DNA from: Amphiscolops sp. MND2022
Lineage: Eukaryota
Assembly: GCA_964187785.1 (NCBI GenBank)
Contig: OZ076409.1
Coordinates: forward strand, 92,630,001-92,694,000
Direction of reading: 5' to 3'
Length of the DNA: 64,000 nucleotides
Both the position numbers and the translations under genes were made by a program. Shown one piece after another: positions 59,401 to 64,000 of this stretch. Position 1 is the first letter of the stretch; each line of letters starts with the position of its first letter. The notes beneath the pieces were generated by a model. It saw only the letters and a list, made by a program, of their open reading frames with translations. It did no database searches and had not been told where the DNA came from.

Positions 59401-59562
59401 CAATTGATCGCGATTAATCTTTTCCAACCCCATTTGCCTAATATTATACCAAATGAATGTGTTTGATTTCAGGAACCTGGAATGAAGAGAACATTCAGTG
59501 CGCAAGATCTGAAGAAATTCCGATTCAAGGAAGCCTATTTATCCCTGTATTATGACAATTAA
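53463..59562 (+). CDS. PIFO: Host gene, Pitchfork-like ciliary protein (PIFO/CIMAP3). Coding exons 53463-53731, 54461-54597, 57725-57833, 59473-59562; first coding exon not fixed
   Basis: GT-AG introns in phases 0,2,0 give a continuous frame: SFQTCQDRRMYP..DRIGNENNPIRAPPHLGPG, PSPADYQ, PPPGAH..SFGG, and C-terminal FRFKEAYLSLYYDN*. These match recalled vertebrate Pitchfork motifs (FGTCQQRKLFP..GN...RG.PHRGPG; VAYLSLYYN). Confidence 0.82.
54935..55256. repeat. Long imperfect inverted repeat (~155-bp arms) in a PIFO intron; unit belongs to a locally dispersed repeat family
   Basis: AATTGCCGCCAAATTTAGGATGCATC..AAAAGTTCAAGCAG is mirrored by CTGCTTGAACTTTT..GATGCATGCTAAATTTGGTGGCAATT. Related units occur at ~36540-36720, ~53245-53400 and ~55540-55650. 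Confidence 0.75.
56689..57606 (+). mobile_element. Second copy of the HINE/DINE-1-like repeat, inserted in a 17-bp tandem array
   Basis: Starts TTTAGTCTGCGCTTTTCTTGAGAAAAGAGTCG and ends GGGCGCCCACTTGGGCTGGTCCCGGCTTGTT. GATATGAGTTGTCGC units flank both sides. Confidence 0.5.
57612..57695. repeat. 17-bp tandem repeat (TGATAAGAGTTGTCGCC), ~5 copies, with 2 more at ~56655-56687
   Basis: Head-to-tail units, directly visible. Confidence 0.85.
58755..59433. mobile_element. Non-autonomous hAT-type element (MITE), 679 bp
   Basis: 8-bp TSD TTGCCTAA (58747-58754 and 59434-59441), imperfect TIRs CAGGGGTTGGA..TTAATCG / CGATTAA..TCCAACCCCAT, and subterminal ATCGAT/TTAATCG repeats. Confidence 0.8.
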
Positions 59563-59665
59563 CTCCATTGAGAAAGAAAACATTTCAACATATTTACGTT
59601 TGCTAACATCATTCGATTATGCTTCCAAAAAGCAGAGATCAAATGCGAATGTTTTTTTTTAGAAT

Positions 59666-59793
59666 GAGTATCGGGACCATGAGCATTCAAAACAGAGATA
59701 ACTCAGAAAGTAGCACGTCGGACAAAACAGAGTATCGGGACCATGAACATTCAAAACAGAAATAACTCAGAAAGTAGCACGTCGGACAAAACA
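59666..59793. repeat. 64-bp tandem duplication just downstream of the PIFO stop
   Basis: GAGTATCGGGACCATGA..CGTCGGACAAAACA occurs twice with 2 mismatches. Confidence 0.85.
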
Positions 59794-60263
59794 GCCGATT
59801 GCAAACGGAGTAAAACAACTGATTTTCAAAATATGACAAAAAAACGATTTCACACAAGTGAATAGAGGAAGGAAATTGATTTTTCGCATAATTTACACGG
59901 GTTGGGCAATCAGCCACAGTCCGCAGGTGGTAGCTGATGATCCCCCCAAGTCTCACCGGTGGGCCATCAAGTTGGCATCTGCAACTTTTGCAGTGGTAAC
60001 CAGTGGAAACAATGCATGTTTTGTACAATCATTTGCAAAATCGTGATTTTCACTAGCATCGTCAATAAAAAGGCCTCTATTGGCTGAGCAGCAATTCAAA
60101 GTTAAGACATAAATCCTAAAACAGAGAACACAATCGGCTGTATGGCTCGACCGTCCTCCTTTCATGGCACTTTGCGCCCTTGCAAGTCGGAATTCGGTAA
60201 AACCAACAATACCAGTCAAGAAATGGCACGTCGCAACGCTTCGTTCCTGCACGTAGGGCACTA

Positions 60264-61539
60264 CAGTCGTGATTTAAAAGAATGCGACTAAGAAAACTGA
60301 ATTGGATGCCAGAATTTACAAAATAACTGCGATAAAAAAATCAATAATAGGCAGAAAAAAATAACCAAACGCAACCCAAAATATTACAATTTTGTGGGAT
60401 AACCAGAATACTTCACAACTTGTTCAAGTCTGCGAGGAATTGACTCATAAAGTTTTGCTACATAAGTTTGAGGAATTTTATGAAATTCTTCTTGTGCAAT
60501 GGTCCAAAGTTCATCGACTGTTTCGGGTCTCCTTTTGTGAACATTCTTCTTCAAAATGCTCCACATATTTTTTATTAAATTGATATCTGGGGACTGTGGT
60601 GGCAAATTTTCTAGGATAACGAATCCATTTTCCCAAAAAAAGTTTCGGGTTTTTAGCGACGTGTGGGCTGGTGCGTTGTCTTGCTGGAAGGGTTCATGCA
60701 TATAAAGAAAGCCCACAACATTGTCTTTCAATATTTTGATATAGACATCGGAATCTACCTTGTTTTTAATTGGAATGAGACGTCGATCGCCAATTATTCG
60801 AATACAGCCCCAAACCAACAATTTTTTTCGTGCGTAATTACTAGAATTATCAATAAATTGGGGGTCGTATCTTTTTTTGTTTGGCCGTCTAACAAGATTT
60901 TGCCTTCTGCAATTCAACTCCATCATTGCTTCGTCCGAAAAAATTACACTATTCCAGAAATCCGGAGTTTTCTTTATTAACATCTGCTCGGCCCCTTACT
61001 GCTTACGTTTCTCACGATTTTTGTCCGAAATTTGAGGTTTTTTGGGACATATTCTGCTATGGAGGCCATACTTAACAAGGATTCTTCGTCTGGTAGAGCT
61101 GGACAGATCGACTTTTGTAAAGTTTCTTAACTGCGTTGAGTTCAAAAAAGGGTATTTTTTTGACGCCAGTGTGACTACTCTTTCTACTCTTCTGGTCACG
61201 TTTCTTGGTCGCCCGGGACTTTTTGTGTCTTCCACATGACCACGTTTTTCATAGCGAATGATAATGCGTGATACAGTTGCTTTGTTGTACTTTGGTAATT
61301 TTGGAAATTTGACAAATAGTAAAATTTTGTGACTACTTAAGTTTTATAACTTTTGCCAGTGTTTTCAGACTTGTTTGAGGCATAGTTGTTAGTAAAGAAA
61401 GTAACCTGGACATAACTACATTAATTTTCTGTCGATTGACGACTTTGTTTACTCAACAGGCTTCGTTATTTGCGTGAATAATTCCAATTTTGTAGATTTA
61501 GTTCAGCTTAATTGGTCGCTTTCTTTTAAATCACGACTG
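60264..61539 (-). mobile_element. Tc1/mariner DNA transposon, 1276 bp, full length but defective
   Basis: TIRs CAGTCGTGATTTAAAAGAATGCGAC / GTCGCTTTCTTTTAAATCACGACTG with TA TSDs. Confidence 0.93.
60384..61384 (-). pseudogene. Tc1 (DD34E-type) transposase, frameshifted, with the catalytic E replaced by K
   Basis: PGRPR, VIFSDEA, LVWGCI, FQQDNAPAH, PPQSPDINLIKNMW and SIPRRL..V...GYPTK. The start position is approximate. Confidence 0.88.
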
Positions 61540-62536
61540 TATAGGTGTGTCTCCATAGCTGATCAGGATTACGCTATTATAATTTACACAAACTATACAA
61601 ATCTATTTCCGCCACTGTTGTCTTTCGATGTTATGGGTCGACACTATCCCTAATTCTGGGTTGACAGTCCAGCATTTTACCTCTGCGCTTTCAGCCCTCA
61701 TAATTTGTTGGTTTTGATTGAGCTATTTTTGCTCTACAGCATTGCCTATATCGCGGCTTTGCCATACACATTGCCGAAAATTACCCTTAAAGCTACAAAG
61801 GTAGCTACCGTACCCCTCCGGATTAAATAATGAAATTACGACGGTCAAAATTATATATTCAACAAAATTCATTGTGTGCTTATCTCGATGAATGTTCCAC
61901 CAGTGTCAACTGGTGGCAATAGTGACTGACGATCAAAAAATGCCTTCATCGCTGGTCATTGATGTTCCACGAGTGGTTTGAAGTAAAGTGCCAGCACGAA
62001 CTATATTGGAAGTACAATAAGACTTCATCACTGAATGGATAAATTGGGATCACAACCTTAATCGGAAATAGACAAAAATAAAGGTTGTTGGACTGGCGCA
62101 AAGTTCGAATCACCTAATAAACCCTTTTGAGTTATTCTCTACTTATAATTTTTCTATGAAATAAAATTAGAAAAATGTGATTCTATCGAACTAAAAACTA
62201 TCTTGAACCTCTTGCCAAGATCTTGCAAATTCCTACATATTCCCTCTTTGCTCTTGAAGTCTTCGTAAAAACTTGTTTATTGTTGCTTCACACAAAGGAC
62301 TTCAAAACTTCGCACTCGCCTCTTTTCACACGTCTAAAAATTGATACGTTCAAACAAACATTGTTAATGTTCACGTTCATTTTGCTACTGTTCACTTCAC
62401 CAGGTATACCATCATTCTTTGGGGTGTTGGTTACAGGACAACACAAAGTATGACAATTCAAGATTTGATAGCTTGGTTGTTAGCGAGGATGGCGAAGGTA
62501 CGCTAATCAAGCAGCTGTTGCAGACAAATTTGATTG

Positions 62537-63294
62537 CCCGGGTTTCCCTCCCATACGAAAACAAGTTGATCATATTTTGGACCATAAAGGTTTATGGTTC
62601 CAGGATGACCATATGTGGGTCCAGAGTATGGTCACCCTGGAACCATAAACCTTTATGGCCCAGAGTATGGTTAGCCTGGAGCCATAAAAAGAAAATTAGG
62701 ATAACGTAGTCAATTAACGCCTACACTGATGAAATTACTAGATATTTCCCAACCAAAGTGCCAATACAATCACCGAACAACAAACAAGGAAGTAGTCATC
62801 AATTTTCGGCAGCTTTTGCAGAATTATTGGTAATTTTTTTCCAAAAGAATAAAAAATACACTGCAAAGTGGGTACTGTTATTACACAGTAGTTAGTTATT
62901 AACTAAGTGGTGGCTGAGAACAAATTGAGTGACTATAGTTTGTCTTTAACTCCGCTAAAAGAGTTCTGACCTGCAATGTATCGTTCGCAAATACAAAAGG
63001 TAGAATGTGGCTCTATTGCCTTCAGCCTATAAAGCTGGCGGATCTCAATATCTGAAAATTTTTGTTTAGGTTTGTCAAGTCAACACGTGCTTGGAACAAA
63101 AGTTTAGGATTTCAGGTTGTCCATACTCTGAACTATATATGGTCCATACTGGGCCATGAAAGTTTATGGCTTCAGGCTGACCATACACTGGACCATATAT
63201 GATTCCAGGCCGATCATGGCAAGGTCATAGTAAGGAAATTTGTATGGTGCCATAATATGGTCAAATTATGATGGGCCTGGTCGGGAAACCCGGG
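62537..63294. mobile_element. Probable MITE with 12-bp TIRs and subterminal GACCATA/TATGGTC repeats
   Basis: CCCGGGTTTCCC / GGGAAACCCGGG ends with TG on both flanks. Appears nested in a fragment of the 16581-35845 MITE family. Confidence 0.5.
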
Positions 63295-64000
63295 TGTTTT
63301 TATTCACAGGTGCACGCTTTTCCTTTAAAGGTCTTGTTAATATCTTGAATGATAATATTCATGGCACTCTTGATAAAAATCTTGTCAAGGTTTCCAAATA
63401 GATTTTCAGACACCGAGAATCACTTCTGCACTAAGTTCAATGCCCGAGCTGTTGAAGTATGACCATGGGCGACGACTTTGGCAGTTCCGGTAGTTTTTGA
63501 AGAGAGCTGGTCGAATAATGGAGCTATCCTGTATCCAAAAGGCAACTTCTTGCAAAATGGTCATTTGCTCAAATGGCACCATTTATGTTTGAAACTCAAT
63601 TCAGCTACATAAATTCTGTTCGTCAAACTTAAAAGGTCAAAAAAATTCTTAAAACTCGCGATTGAACGCCACTTCTTACCAGTAAAAACGTAAAACCTAG
63701 TGCTATGTTTAAGCGATGAAAGGCTTGCGGGGAACTTTTAGAGCGTTTTCCAATTTTTGCTACGATTGTGATCCGGTTTTAGTCGGCGCTTCCGATACAA
63801 AAACTGACTGTTAGTTTTTGAGACCAGAGAACTGACACATTTTTGTAAGTTCTATAAATTCCTTGGTTACAACTTGAGAACGACACGACCACTGGGCAAA
63901 GTGGAAGATTGTGTGGCTCTAAAGCAAGGGTGCGTAGATTCGAATCCAAGGATGGACATAGTTTTCCAATTTTTGCAAAACTAAACTCGAGATCAATTTT

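Noticed and set aside
59687..60261. Possible coding exon(s) in a GC-richer stretch left of the second Tc1
   Set aside because: No recognisable homology or consistent splice pattern.

Overview
Eukaryotic (animal), AT-rich, transposon-dense window. It holds two complete Ty3/gypsy (Metaviridae) LTR retrotransposons, one truncated one, a decayed relative, two Tc1/mariner copies, several non-autonomous DNA elements, and one host gene: four coding exons of a Pitchfork (PIFO/CIMAP3)-like ciliary protein at 53463-59562. Element C (37356-53235, minus; 1720-bp LTRs with 3 differences seen; TCAAG TSD; intact 1704-aa pol) is the most unusual. It carries an antisense gene with four phase-consistent GT-AG introns (41009-45060), encoding a ~1195-aa BED-finger protein that looks like a catalytically dead hAT transposase. 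Both LTR/internal junctions of element C are protein-coding: gag starts ~560 nt inside the LTR and reads through the PBS, and an accessory ORF reads through the PPT into the 3' LTR. Two related elements in the window share the gag layout, and one also shares the PPT-spanning ORF. Element B (16730-35454, 18.7 kb; 269-bp LTRs; CTAT TSD) has an intact 858-aa envelope gene resembling class III (chuvirus G / herpes gB-like) fusogens plus at least three accessory ORFs, but a disrupted gag-pol. All homology calls come from motifs recognised by eye; no searches were run.
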